Positions 18,609 to 27,799 of a stretch of DNA of 64,000 nt are shown piece after piece (the stretch's first letter is position 1; each line of letters begins with the position of its first letter). The DNA is from Hydrurus foetidus (Eukaryota). The notes below the pieces were generated by a model. It saw only the letters and a list, made by a program, of their open reading frames with translations. It was not told the DNA's origin and ran no database searches. The translations under genes were made by a program, and so were the position numbers. The stretch covers positions 4,092,001-4,156,000 of the forward strand of contig UYFQ01000001.1 of assembly GCA_900617105.1 (NCBI GenBank). The letters are read 5' to 3'.

Positions 18609-18805
18609 GGTGTTGTCCTAAAAGTAAATTAACTAGTTTTGCAAGGCATGAAAAAATCATGTAACCCGCGCTTCGTATTGCTACGCCAAAAGACTTGCTT
18701 TGAGAGCTAATCTTGCAGCCAGGCAACGTATTATGCAACGGACTAGTTAGCGCCAAGGTTGACAGTAATTGATAAATAGTTGAAATTTTTTGAAATTGTG
18801 CTGCT

Positions 18806-20353
18806 ATGACCACACCGTTGCCAACTACCCCCAGCTTAAGTCCCCCGCAGCCTACCCGTTTGCCCGCTGGTAGCGGCCCCGCGCGCTACCGCAACATCGA
18901 TTTTTTGCGGTTTTTGTTGTGTCGGCCGTTTTACTGGATGCTGGCTTTTTTGATTGTGGAGGCTGGGCTGGCGGCGGCGACAACGGGCCTCATTATCAAT
19001 GCTGGCCGTGACGTAGCCGACCAAGAGTTTTTGATTTCAGATTTTGTGTGGATTGTGTTGGCGCAATCGGTGTCCTACATCGTGGGGGCCACCAGCTGGA
19101 TTTTTGCCGAGCGGGCCGGCTTTGGTGCTTACGGGCGTTACATGTTGCGCTTTGCGCGCGACAACCGCGGCCAGCCCGCGCTGCTGGGTGACAAAGCCCA
19201 GCGCGACCATGTTGAGCCGTTTTTAACCAACGAGACTTTTCAAATATTTTTTGAGCTGGTCTATGAGCTGGAGGCTGACTTAAAACTTTTTTTCGGGTTG
19301 ATTTTTAACAGCATTGTGTTGGGCTTTGCCATTGATGCCGGGCTGCCGGCCGTTTACGCGGGCGTGTTTGTTGTGCTGCTGGGTTTGCAGTACCTGGTGC
19401 GCCGCCCGGTGGCTGGCGCTTACCTGGAGCAGCAGCGCACCTCCAACCGCATGACGGCGCACACCTACACGGCCTGGGACAACATCACGGCGGGCAACCG
19501 GTACAACTACCGGTTGTGGCACGCCGGATTCAAGCAGCGGCTGCGCGATGCATTGGGCGCGCAAATCAAGGCAATTTTGGCGCGCGAGGGAATCGCGGCG
19601 GTCAGCGGCATTTTTGCGTTGGTAGTGGTGTTTAGCTATCTGGCCTGGATTGCTGGGCGCAACGTAGCGGACACTGGTCTGCTGATCGCACTGGCCGCTA
19701 CGCTGCCCCGGCAAATTGACTTGTCTTACAACGTGCACGGGCTGGCCAGCGGCTGGAACGACTTGCTGGCCGTGTGGACCCGCACCACGGGTGCTTGCGC
19801 TGCGATGCGGCCGGCACCAGACGCTAACTTTAATGACCGCATTCGCTTTGACGGTGTGGCCATTTCCAGCGGCGCGCACGCCGTGTCGTGCACCAGCGTG
19901 GAGCAAGTGCTGGCAGAGGTGGGCGCCCAGCCGCACGGCCGCTTGCTGGTGCGCGGGCGCAACGGCTCGGGCAAGTCAACCCTGCTGGTGGCCCTGAAAG
20001 CCAAGCTCGGCCCCAACGCTTTTTACTGGCCCACCAGTGACAAGCTGGCGTTTGCATTTTCAGGCGCGACCGGGCCGGGCGAGGATGCTGAAGAGGAAAG
20101 CGAAGACGCAGGTCAAGAGGCGGCTCAGGCCGATGGCGCTTTAGCCACGCCTAAAGTGCACGGCTTTTCATCTGGCGAGCGGCAGTTGAAGTCGCTGCAA
20201 GAAATAGTGAACCGCACCAACGCGGCGGTGTATTTACTGGACGAATGGGACGCCAATTTAGACGCCAAAAACCGCGCTAGCGCCGAGGCCCTGGTGGCGC
20301 AGCTGGCAGCCCGTGCGGTGGTGGTTGAAATCTCCCACCGCGACAGAATATAG
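18806..20353 (+). CDS. ABC-exporter-like protein (TM domain plus shortened ATPase)
   Basis: About 5-6 TM segments; Walker A GRNGSGKS, FSSGE, YLLDEWDANLD, ISHR. Confidence 0.8.
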   Translation: MTTPLPTTPSLSPPQPTRLPAGSGPARYRNIDFLRFLLCRPFYWMLAFLIVEAGLAAATTGLIINAGRDVADQEFLISDFVWIVLAQSVSYIVGATSWIFAERAGFGAYGRYMLRFARDNRGQPALLGDKAQRDHVEPFLTNETFQIFFELVYELEADLKLFFGLIFNSIVLGFAIDAGLPAVYAGVFVVLLGLQYLVRRPVAGAYLEQQRTSNRMTAHTYTAWDNITAGNRYNYRLWHAGFKQRLRDALGAQIKAILAREGIAAVSGIFALVVVFSYLAWIAGRNVADTGLLIALAATLPRQIDLSYNVHGLASGWNDLLAVWTRTTGACAAMRPAPDANFNDRIRFDGVAISSGAHAVSCTSVEQVLAEVGAQPHGRLLVRGRNGSGKSTLLVALKAKLGPNAFYWPTSDKLAFAFSGATGPGEDAEEESEDAGQEAAQADGALATPKVHGFSSGERQLKSLQEIVNRTNAAVYLLDEWDANLDAKNRASAEALVAQLAARAVVVEISHRDRI

Positions 20354-20366
20354 ATAAAATCAGTTA

Positions 20367-20409
20367 TAGCCCAATCAATACGGGAGCAAGCAGCTATTTA
20401 AAACATAGC
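20367..20409 (-). repeat. REP-like family A copy
   Basis: TAGCCCAATCAATACGGGAGCAAGCAGCTATTTAAAACATAGC. Confidence 0.9.
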
Positions 20410-20490
20410 ATAGGTGTTTGCGGGCAGGGTCAGCCGAGTGTGCGCCTGCAGCGGTAAAGTCGATTCGTTGCTTCATTTATTTTCCACATC

Positions 20491-21288
20491 ATGCTTTTTT
20501 TGATTTCTCCCGCCAAGTCGCTTGACTACACCACGCCAGCACAAGTTGCCACGCACACGCAGCCGCTTTTCGTCAAGCAGTCGGCAGCCTTGATTGATGT
20601 GCTTAAAACCCAGTCACCGCAAGACATTGCCGGGCTGATGAGTTTGTCTAGCGCGCTGTCTAGCCTGAATGTGGCGCGCTACCGGGCGTGGTCTAAAAAG
20701 GTCAGTGTCAACAATTCAAAGCAGGCGCTGCTGGCTTTTAACGGCGACGTGTACGAGGGCTTAAACGCCAAAACCTTGAGCGCAGCCCAGCTCAATTGGG
20801 CGCAAGAGCATGTTTGCATACTCAGCGGTTTGTACGGCGTGCTCCGGCCGCTTGATTTAATGCAGCCGTACCGGCTTGAAATGGGCACCGCCCTGCACAC
20901 GCCGAAAGGGCGCAACCTGTATCAGTTTTGGGGCGCGCAGCTGTCGGCTTATCTCAATGACCGCTTGGGCAGCTCTGCGCCCGTGGTTGTAAATTTGGCC
21001 AGTCAAGAGTACTTCAAGGCGGTTGACTTGAAAGCGTTAAAAGCGCGCGTGGTGAGCTGCGTGTTTGAAGATTTCAAAAGCGCAGGCGGTGCAAATGGCG
21101 ATGCAGGCGGCAAGTACAAAATCATCAGCTTTAACGCCAAGCGGGCGCGCGGCCTGATGGTGCGCTATGCGGTTGAAAAGAAAATCACCAGCGTTAAAAA
21201 ACTAGAGGGCTTTGATGCTGAAGGCTGGCGTTTTGCGTCTGGCGTTTCAACGCTAGACAAGCTCGTGTTCAGGCGCAAGTTGGCATGA
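20491..21288 (+). CDS. yaaA: Peroxide stress protein YaaA
   Basis: LISPAKSLD, ILSGLYGVLRPLD, YRLEMG, NLASQEY, AKRARG. Confidence 0.95.
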   Translation: MLFLISPAKSLDYTTPAQVATHTQPLFVKQSAALIDVLKTQSPQDIAGLMSLSSALSSLNVARYRAWSKKVSVNNSKQALLAFNGDVYEGLNAKTLSAAQLNWAQEHVCILSGLYGVLRPLDLMQPYRLEMGTALHTPKGRNLYQFWGAQLSAYLNDRLGSSAPVVVNLASQEYFKAVDLKALKARVVSCVFEDFKSAGGANGDAGGKYKIISFNAKRARGLMVRYAVEKKITSVKKLEGFDAEGWRFASGVSTLDKLVFRRKLA

Positions 21289-21965
21289 CTCTGGCAGCGG
21301 CCTTGCCGTGCCCCATGCCGTGTCCATCTTTTGGGGGTGCAGGCGCAACGCTAGACGGCGGCGACAAATGGGTTGAAGTGCTCAGCAGGCAGCACGCCCC
21401 CGAGCTGGTGGTGTTTGCCAATTTGTTAACTGGCGCTGAATGTGAGGCCTTGATAGCTGCTGCTACCCCGCGGCTGTCCCGGTCATTGACCGTCGACGTG
21501 CGCACCGGCAATGAGTTGCTGCATGCTGACCGCACCAGTCAGGGCATGTTTTTTGAGCGTTCTGAAAACGAGGTGGTGCACCGGGTAGAAGCCCGCATCG
21601 CCAAACTGCTGCGCTGGCCACAAGCTAATGGCGAGGGCTTGCAGGTGCTGCGCTACTCCAAAGGCGGGCAGTACGCGCCGCATTACGATTACTTTGACCC
21701 GCTGGAGGCGGGTACGCCCGCGCTGCTGGCGCGTGGCGGTCAGCGCGTGGCGACTTTAATTATTTACCTGCAATCGCCCGAGGCGGGCGGGGCAACCGTG
21801 TTCCCCGACTTGGCGCTTGACGTTGCGCCGCAGCGCGGCCACGCCGTGTTTTTCCGCTACCCTCAGCCGCAGCCGTCAAGCTTGTCATTGCACGGGGGTG
21901 CGCCAGTGGTGCAGGGTGAAAAGTGGATTGCCACCAAATGGCTGCGGCAACACGCATTTGCCTGA
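21285..21965 (+). CDS. 2OG-Fe(II) oxygenase, prolyl-4-hydroxylase-like
   Basis: EGLQVLRY...PHYDYF, GGATVFP, LHGGAPVVQGEKWIATKW. Confidence 0.92.
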   Translation: MTLAAALPCPMPCPSFGGAGATLDGGDKWVEVLSRQHAPELVVFANLLTGAECEALIAAATPRLSRSLTVDVRTGNELLHADRTSQGMFFERSENEVVHRVEARIAKLLRWPQANGEGLQVLRYSKGGQYAPHYDYFDPLEAGTPALLARGGQRVATLIIYLQSPEAGGATVFPDLALDVAPQRGHAVFFRYPQPQPSSLSLHGGAPVVQGEKWIATKWLRQHAFA

Positions 21966-22000
21966 ATTAATCTTAATTTAGGCGTTAAAATAGGTCTTTA

Positions 22001-22041
22001 AGCCAATAAATACGGGCGCAATCAGCTATGAAATTAAGAGC
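22001..22041 (-). repeat. Family A copy overlapping the hydrolase start codon
   Basis: AGCCAATAAATACGGGCGCAATCAGCT-ATG-AAATTAAGAGC. Confidence 0.85.
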
Positions 22042-22957
22042 AAATAATATCCAAATCAAAGTCGAAGATTCAGCCCCTGACGCCACTCATTTGCCTGTGG
22101 TTTTGCTAATCATGGGGCTGGGCATGCAGCTGATCGCCTGGCCGCCCGGCATGGTGCGCGGTTTGATGAACGCCGGCTTTCGCGTCATTCGGTTTGACAA
22201 CCGCGACAGCGGCCTGAGCGACCACCTCCATGCGCTGGGCAAACCCAACTTGCTATGGCAGGGCCTGAAGTACAAGCTGGGCCTGCCGGTTAAAGCGCCT
22301 TACAGCTTAAGCGACATGGCGCAAGACGCGATTGGCGTGCTGGACGCGTTGGGCATTGACAAGGCGCACATCGTCGGTGTCAGCATGGGCGGCATGGTTG
22401 CGCAGCGCGCGGCACTGCTCGCGCCCCACCGGGTGTTGAGTTTGACCAGCATCATGAGCTCCAGCGGTGCGCGAGGTTTGCCCACGGCTGATGCCGCCGT
22501 TACCCGCCAAATGCTCAAGCGACCGGTCATCAAAGGCAAGGGCGCAGAGGCTGGCCAGCAAGCGGCCATTGACCACTCAGTTAAATTGTTTCAGGCCATT
22601 GGCAGCCCGGGTTTCCCGACTGACGAAGCTTTTTTGCGTGAGCGCGTGACGCAGTCGACGCAGCGCAGCTTCAACCCCAATGGTCTGTTGCGGCAAATGG
22701 TGGCCATTGCCGCTGACAGCGACCGCGCCAGCCAGCTCAAAGCCATCAGCGCCCCTACGCTGGTGCTGCACGGCAAGGCGGACCCACTGGTGCCGTATGC
22801 CTGCGGCGAGGACACCGCGCGGCGCATACCCGGCGCGCGCCTGGTCGGCATTGAAGGCATGGGCCACGATTTGCCGCCCGGGGTCGTTGAGCGAGTGCTG
22901 CTCGAAATGCTGCCCCATTTGGCCAGCGTGCAAAACAAACAGGAAGCGCTCGCATGA
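22028..22957 (+). CDS. Alpha/beta hydrolase
   Basis: FDNRDSG, GVSMGG nucleophile elbow, HGKADPL, GMGHD. Confidence 0.92.
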   Translation: MKLRANNIQIKVEDSAPDATHLPVVLLIMGLGMQLIAWPPGMVRGLMNAGFRVIRFDNRDSGLSDHLHALGKPNLLWQGLKYKLGLPVKAPYSLSDMAQDAIGVLDALGIDKAHIVGVSMGGMVAQRAALLAPHRVLSLTSIMSSSGARGLPTADAAVTRQMLKRPVIKGKGAEAGQQAAIDHSVKLFQAIGSPGFPTDEAFLRERVTQSTQRSFNPNGLLRQMVAIAADSDRASQLKAISAPTLVLHGKADPLVPYACGEDTARRIPGARLVGIEGMGHDLPPGVVERVLLEMLPHLASVQNKQEALA

Positions 22958-23781
22958 ACACCCCCGAACAATCGCAGCTTGGCAAAGCCTCAGCCTATGT
23001 TGATGAGTACGACGCGTCGCTGCTGTTCCCCATTGCCCGGGCCGACAAGCGCGCTGAACTCGGTGTGGCGGATGCGCAGCCGTTTTTCGGCGCCGACATG
23101 TGGACGGCCTACGAGCTCAGCTGGCTGAATCTTCGCGGCAAGCCGCAAGTAGCGCTAGCCCACGTCACCGTGCCGTGCGAGTCAACGCACATTGTTGAAA
23201 GCAAGTCCTTCAAGCTTTACCTGAACAGCTTTAACAACACCCGATTTCTTGATGCACGAGAAGTGCGCGAGCGCATTCGGGCAGACCTTAATGCGGTAGT
23301 GGGCGGCGCTGTGGGCATTAAAACGCTAGGCCCCGAGCTGTTTGACCGCGAACCCATTGAAGAAATGGACGGCATCAACCTTGACCGGCTAGACATTGAA
23401 TGCCTGCACTACACGCCAGCGCCTGAGCTGCTGTTTGCTGAATTGGACGAAGTCCCAGTGAGTGAAACGCTAACCAGCAATTTGCTAAAAAGCAATTGCC
23501 TGGTCACCAGCCAGCCCGACTGGGGCAGCGTGCAAATTGCCTACACCGGCCCGCAAATCAACCAGGAAGGGCTGCTGCAATACCTGGTGAGCTTTCGCAA
23601 TCACAACGAATTTCATGAGCAATGTGTAGAGCGAATTTTCATGGATGTGTGGACCCGCTGCAAACCCATCAAGCTGTCGGTGTACGCCAGGTACACCCGC
23701 CGCGGCGGCCTGGACATTAATCCCTTCAGGTGCAGTTACCCTGCGCAGTTGCCGGCTAATGTGCGAACTGCTCGGCAGTAG
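22954..23781 (+). CDS. queF: NADPH-dependent 7-cyano-7-deazaguanine reductase
   Basis: [40 protein letters not shown]. Confidence 0.97.
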   Translation: MNTPEQSQLGKASAYVDEYDASLLFPIARADKRAELGVADAQPFFGADMWTAYELSWLNLRGKPQVALAHVTVPCESTHIVESKSFKLYLNSFNNTRFLDAREVRERIRADLNAVVGGAVGIKTLGPELFDREPIEEMDGINLDRLDIECLHYTPAPELLFAELDEVPVSETLTSNLLKSNCLVTSQPDWGSVQIAYTGPQINQEGLLQYLVSFRNHNEFHEQCVERIFMDVWTRCKPIKLSVYARYTRRGGLDINPFRCSYPAQLPANVRTARQ

Positions 23782-23793
23782 TGGAGTTTTTTA

Positions 23794-23836
23794 GCTATCT
23801 AATTAATAGCTGCTCAAGCTCGTATTTATTGGACTA
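23794..23836 (+). repeat. REP-like family A copy
   Basis: GCTATCTAATTAATAGCTGCTCAAGCTCGTATTTATTGGACTA. Confidence 0.85.
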
Positions 23837-23846
23837 TCGGCGGTTT

Positions 23847-24539
23847 TTATTTATATTCATTCGACACAGCAGGCGCGCGCTGGCGGCGCTGCACCACGCT
23901 TAGCTGCAGGCTGGCTTTGGTGGGCGCTGCGCTGATGGCTACGTTTTGCAAGGGCGCGTCGATCAACTGGTCAGACTGCCACACCTTGAACTGCGCTGGG
24001 CCGTCAGGCAGGTCGTCAAACATTGCCACGCCGTCTGGGCCGGTTTTGACCGCCCAAGGCGTTTCGCTCACGTACACGTAGCCGCGCATGGACCCGTGAA
24101 TAAAGCAGCCCAGCAAGGTGGCGCCTACAACGCCTGCTTTATCTAGCGTAACCTCGGTAAATTTGGCGGGTTTGCCGTATGGCTTGCCTTCCAGTCGCAG
24201 CTCAAAACCGGCGTTGGTGGTGTTGAACTGGCCCATGCCCGCAGGCGACGAGCGCACGTGGTGGTCCCACGGGTCGTTATTAACAAATTTCGCTTTTGCG
24301 CCTACCGCCAATACCGTGACAGCGGGTACGAATTGCATTTTTTCTTGCACGATGGTGGCTTCGCGAGGCAGCGCGGTTTTAGGCTGCGCCGTTTTGTTGG
24401 CTGGCAGTACCACCACTACCGCGTTGGGCACAGGTTTGCCGTCTTTGTCGGTCACGCTGACTTGCAGGCTGCCCGCCTGGGCTGCGCCCAGCGCCAACGG
24501 CAGTGCTGCAGCTATAAAAAGTTTTTTGAAAATGGTCAT
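23847..24539 (-). CDS. Exported cupredoxin-like (MauL-type) protein
   Basis: Signal peptide; FVNNDPWDHHV and GCFIHGSMRG Cu-ligand-like motifs. Confidence 0.8.
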   Translation of the reverse strand: MTIFKKLFIAAALPLALGAAQAGSLQVSVTDKDGKPVPNAVVVVLPANKTAQPKTALPREATIVQEKMQFVPAVTVLAVGAKAKFVNNDPWDHHVRSSPAGMGQFNTTNAGFELRLEGKPYGKPAKFTEVTLDKAGVVGATLLGCFIHGSMRGYVYVSETPWAVKTGPDGVAMFDDLPDGPAQFKVWQSDQLIDAPLQNVAISAAPTKASLQLSVVQRRQRAPAVSNEYK

Positions 24540-24590
24540 GCTGGATAGGCTTTTGATGGTGAAGATGGCTTGGCTCGGCTAATATTTGCT

Positions 24591-25037
24591 TTACTTTGGC
24601 GTGATGATGTCGCGGTTCATGGGTGCCAATAATGCCAGCATTTCGCCTTGCTTTTTGAATGGAATACCCTTGGCGTCCATGGCGCTTTGCAGTACTTCTA
24701 CCAACGCATGGAAATCGGATTTTTTGATGTCGAGGTTGGCATGCGAGCTTTTCATGTCTGCGCCTTTGTACAAGCACGGCCCACCCGCCAATACGCAAAG
24801 CTGATCGACCAGTTGTTCCTTCACGCGCTGCTGGTTGCTGGGCGCAAAGTGCGGGCCGGTGCGCGGGTCGGCCAGCAAGCGGGTCATGAAGTCGTCCATC
24901 AGTGCCACCAGGCCGGCTTTTTCGCCAAAGGCTTTGTACAACTGGTCGTCTTTGGCGGCCATGGTTTGACCAAACGACGAGGTTGCTACCAACAGCGCGC
25001 TGGCTGCTAGCGCATAAGCAATGAGGATTTTTTTTAT
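24591..25037 (-). CDS. Exported group 1 truncated hemoglobin (start uncertain, apparent ATA)
   Basis: LYKAFGEKAG, DPRTGPHF, QLCVLAGGPCLYKG, HANLDI; in-frame signal peptide IKKILIAYALAASALL upstream of the called ORF. Confidence 0.85.
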   Translation of the reverse strand: MKKILIAYALAASALLVATSSFGQTMAAKDDQLYKAFGEKAGLVALMDDFMTRLLADPRTGPHFAPSNQQRVKEQLVDQLCVLAGGPCLYKGADMKSSHANLDIKKSDFHALVEVLQSAMDAKGIPFKKQGEMLALLAPMNRDIITPK

Positions 25038-25073
25038 TTTGAATTTTTCAAAGTTAAGGTGTGTTGAGGCGGT

Positions 25074-25994
25074 TTAAAAAGCGACTTGCGCCGATAGGTA
25101 ATAACCGGTTTGCTTGCGGCTTTGGGTGGTGGCAGGCACGATCAGGCCCAGGTCGACATAAGCCAGCGTTAGCGACAAATTTTTGGACGGTGTCCAGGCA
25201 ATAAACACATCTTTCCAGTCGGTGGCACGCAAGCCGTCGCCCAAACCAGCCGCCGCGCCAGCGCGTGCCAAGCGGTTGCGCATGAAGCGGTATTCAGCGC
25301 CTACTGCGAGGTTTTTGTTGATTAAATACGCAACTGAAAATTCTGGCTGCAGGCTGTAGTTGTTTTGCTCACCACCCAGCGTGGCGCCGTAGCCTAGCAG
25401 CCCGTTTTGGTTGGCTTTGGTCGCGCGCAGTGTGCCGTTGAGCAAAATGCCTTGCGCCAAAAATAATTTGGTGGCACTCACGCATACATCCACGCCGCTG
25501 CGCTTGGCGCCCAGTGCAGTCAATGTGCCGTCCAGCCCGGTTGAGCCCAAGGTTTTGTATTGCACACCCACAGCAATTTGCGGCATCAGGTTGTCGCTAT
25601 CCAACACCGCATCGCCCGCCACGCGAACCTTGGCGCCCACAATGGTTTGCTTTAAGTGCAGGCCCGGCAAACCCAGTGCGGTGCCCGTGCCCTTGGTGTC
25701 AAAGTCTTGCTGCGCGAGCGACAGCTCAAAACGGTCGTTGATGCCGACTGCCGCACCGAATACCTTCAGCCCATAGTCACGCGTGCCAACCAGCGACACA
25801 AAAGCTGTGCCGCCCACTTCGCCGTCAGTTGCGTTGCTGCCAATTACTGCCCACGGGGTTAAACCGCCACCGGCAGCGCCTTCAACGCTGCTGACCCCGC
25901 CGGTCAGCAGCAGCTTGCCAGTTTCGGCCTGCGCACCAGAGCAAAGTGTCGCCGCGCTGGCAGCAAGTAAAGACAAAATTAACGTGTTTTTCAT
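25074..25994 (-). CDS. DUF3034 family outer-membrane beta-barrel-like protein
   Basis: LLLTGGVSSVEGAAGGGLTPWAVI, C-terminal YLSAQVAF. Confidence 0.88.
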   Translation of the reverse strand: MKNTLILSLLAASAATLCSGAQAETGKLLLTGGVSSVEGAAGGGLTPWAVIGSNATDGEVGGTAFVSLVGTRDYGLKVFGAAVGINDRFELSLAQQDFDTKGTGTALGLPGLHLKQTIVGAKVRVAGDAVLDSDNLMPQIAVGVQYKTLGSTGLDGTLTALGAKRSGVDVCVSATKLFLAQGILLNGTLRATKANQNGLLGYGATLGGEQNNYSLQPEFSVAYLINKNLAVGAEYRFMRNRLARAGAAAGLGDGLRATDWKDVFIAWTPSKNLSLTLAYVDLGLIVPATTQSRKQTGYYLSAQVAF

Positions 25995-26276
25995 GGGGGT
26001 CCCGCCGGTTATCTGGCGTGCGGTGACTTGAAGTGTCAGCAGCGCACGTATCTAATACGCCGCATAGCGGCTGCCGGATTCAACGTTTTTGACTAATTTG
26101 TAAAACTAATTTGAAATCAGTTGGAGTCGGGTTGAATCTGAACTTAAAGCGTGCTCCCCAGCAGACCTGGTCGGGGGTCAGCGCATGGGGTTTTCGATTG
26201 AAGACGCTTAGCGGCCGGGCGACCTGATTGCTTGCCTGGCCACTTTGATATGGACGACTTCTCAACCAGGACTGTC

Positions 26277-26349
26277 CATCCGTTCGGGCTGAGCTTGTCG
26301 ATGCAATTAGCCGCGCGAGAAGCCCCTTCGACAGGCTCAGGGCGAACGG
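26277..26349. repeat. Palindrome family B, two-armed element downstream of dinB
   Basis: CCGTTCGGGCTGAGCTTGTCGA ... TCGACAGGCTCAGGGCGAACGG inverted arms. Confidence 0.88.
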
Positions 26350-26368
26350 TTTAATGAACTAAGCCGCG

Positions 26369-27616
26369 TCAAAACAATTGCTCGTTAGATTCATTAGCTA
26401 TTATTTCTGGAGCTGCTCGCGCCCGAATTGATTGGGCTAAAGTCGTATTTGATGCTGAAAAAGCTGCTGAATTGACACTTTCCAGTGATGCGGCTCGTAC
26501 CCCGAGCAAGCGCAGTTTTTTGGTCAAAGGCATGCGTTTTAAGCACTGGCCTGCAGCTTGCCTGATGGTGGTGGCATCAAGCGTGTAGTTGCCTAACGTG
26601 TGGTCGCGGGTCGCAATCTTGAAGTCGTCGTAACGCACTTTAATGCCAATGGTTTTTGCGGCGTAGCCCTTGCGCGCGAGGTCGGCGGCCAGCTTGCTGC
26701 ACAGCTCGGTAAATATGGCACTTAGCGCAGCTTTGTCGCGCACGGCGTGCAGGTCACGGTCGAACGTAGTTTCTCGGCTGATGCTGACTGGCTCGCTGAT
26801 GGTTTCTACTGGGCGGTCGTCTCGGCCCCAGGCAACCTCATGCATCCACGCGCCGGTGGCTTTGCCAAATTTGGCGATTAAAAACTGCGCGTCTTGTGCA
26901 GCCAGCTCGCCAATCGTTTGAATGCCCAGTGCAGCCAGCTTCTCATCTGCCTTGGGCCCAATGCCGTTGATTTTGCGGCATTTCAGGGGCCAGATTTTGC
27001 TTTGCAAGTCTTCTTCATAAATGATGGAGATTCCGTTCGGCTTGTTGAACTCACTTGCCATTTTGGCCAACAGCTTGTTAGGTGCTACGCCCACCGAACA
27101 TGTCAACCCGCATGCCTCGGTAATTGCTTTTTGAATCAACCGTGCCAGCACCCGCCCGCCTTCACGCTGGCCGCCGGGCACATCGGTAAAGTCGATGTAC
27201 ACCTCGTCTACGCCCCGGTCTTCCATCAGCGGCGCAATGTCAACGATGGTGCTTTTAAACAGCCGCGAGTATTTACGCACTTCGTCAAAATCAACCGGCA
27301 ACACAATCGCCTGTGGGCACAGCTTGGCCGCTTTCATCATGCCCATGGCCGAGCCCACGCCAAACTGCCGCGCTGCATAAGTGGCGGTAGTGATCACGCC
27401 GCGCCCCACGTAATCTTTGAGCAGCGCAAACTCAGCGACAGGAATGAAACGCGGGTCGCGTTCGGGCTGCGTGGCCAGCAGTGCATCGTCTACCTTGCGG
27501 CGCCCGCCACCAATCACGACAGGTAAACCCTTCAGCTGTGGGTAGCGCAGCAGCTCAATGGATGCAAAAAAAGCGTCCATGTCTAGGTGGGCAATTCGGC
27601 GAAGGTGCGGATTCAT
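26369..27616 (-). CDS. dinB: DNA polymerase IV
   Basis: IAHLDMDAFFAS, TYAARQFGV, GVDEVYID, NKLLAKMAS, GIGPK. Confidence 0.96.
   Translation of the reverse strand: MNPHLRRIAHLDMDAFFASIELLRYPQLKGLPVVIGGGRRKVDDALLATQPERDPRFIPVAEFALLKDYVGRGVITTATYAARQFGVGSAMGMMKAAKLCPQAIVLPVDFDEVRKYSRLFKSTIVDIAPLMEDRGVDEVYIDFTDVPGGQREGGRVLARLIQKAITEACGLTCSVGVAPNKLLAKMASEFNKPNGISIIYEEDLQSKIWPLKCRKINGIGPKADEKLAALGIQTIGELAAQDAQFLIAKFGKATGAWMHEVAWGRDDRPVETISEPVSISRETTFDRDLHAVRDKAALSAIFTELCSKLAADLARKGYAAKTIGIKVRYDDFKIATRDHTLGNYTLDATTIRQAAGQCLKRMPLTKKLRLLGVRAASLESVNSAAFSASNTTLAQSIRARAAPEIIANESNEQLF
26397..26439 (+). repeat. Family A copy in frame in the dinB C-terminus (LAQSIRARAAPEIIA)
   Basis: GCTATTATTTCTGGAGCTGCTCGCGCCCGAATTGATTGGGCTA. 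Confidence 0.9.
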
Positions 27617-27799
27617 GGTGCATTGACTCAAAGGCATTGCGAGCATAGCGCTAGCAGCCGTTCCCCTACGGTACGGCGCTACTCAAAAAAGTTTCCGCTG
27701 CACTGGTCGGTACTGGCTGACAGTTGAGTGTGCAGTGGGCCGACAGACGCGCGAGCTTTGGTCGCCGAAATTAGGGTCTTTTAAACCACGATTGGAAAT

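Noticed and set aside
18426..18805. rpsU upstream of dnaG
   Set aside because: No S21-like ORF; the 83-aa ORF 18562..18813 lacks protein-like features and overlaps the better supported micro-ORF.
21285..21965. Prolyl hydroxylase as modifying enzyme of the Pro/Lys micropeptide (RiPP cluster)
   Set aside because: It is coupled to yaaA in a housekeeping-like yaaA-hydrolase-queF run and nothing in the sequence links it to the peptide.
26092..26112. ACTAATTTG direct repeat upstream of DUF3034
   Set aside because: Only two 9-bp copies in an AT-rich patch; insufficient support for a regulatory call.
27617..27799. LexA (SOS) box upstream of dinB
   Set aside because: No CTG(T)-N8-(A)CAG with correct spacing was found.
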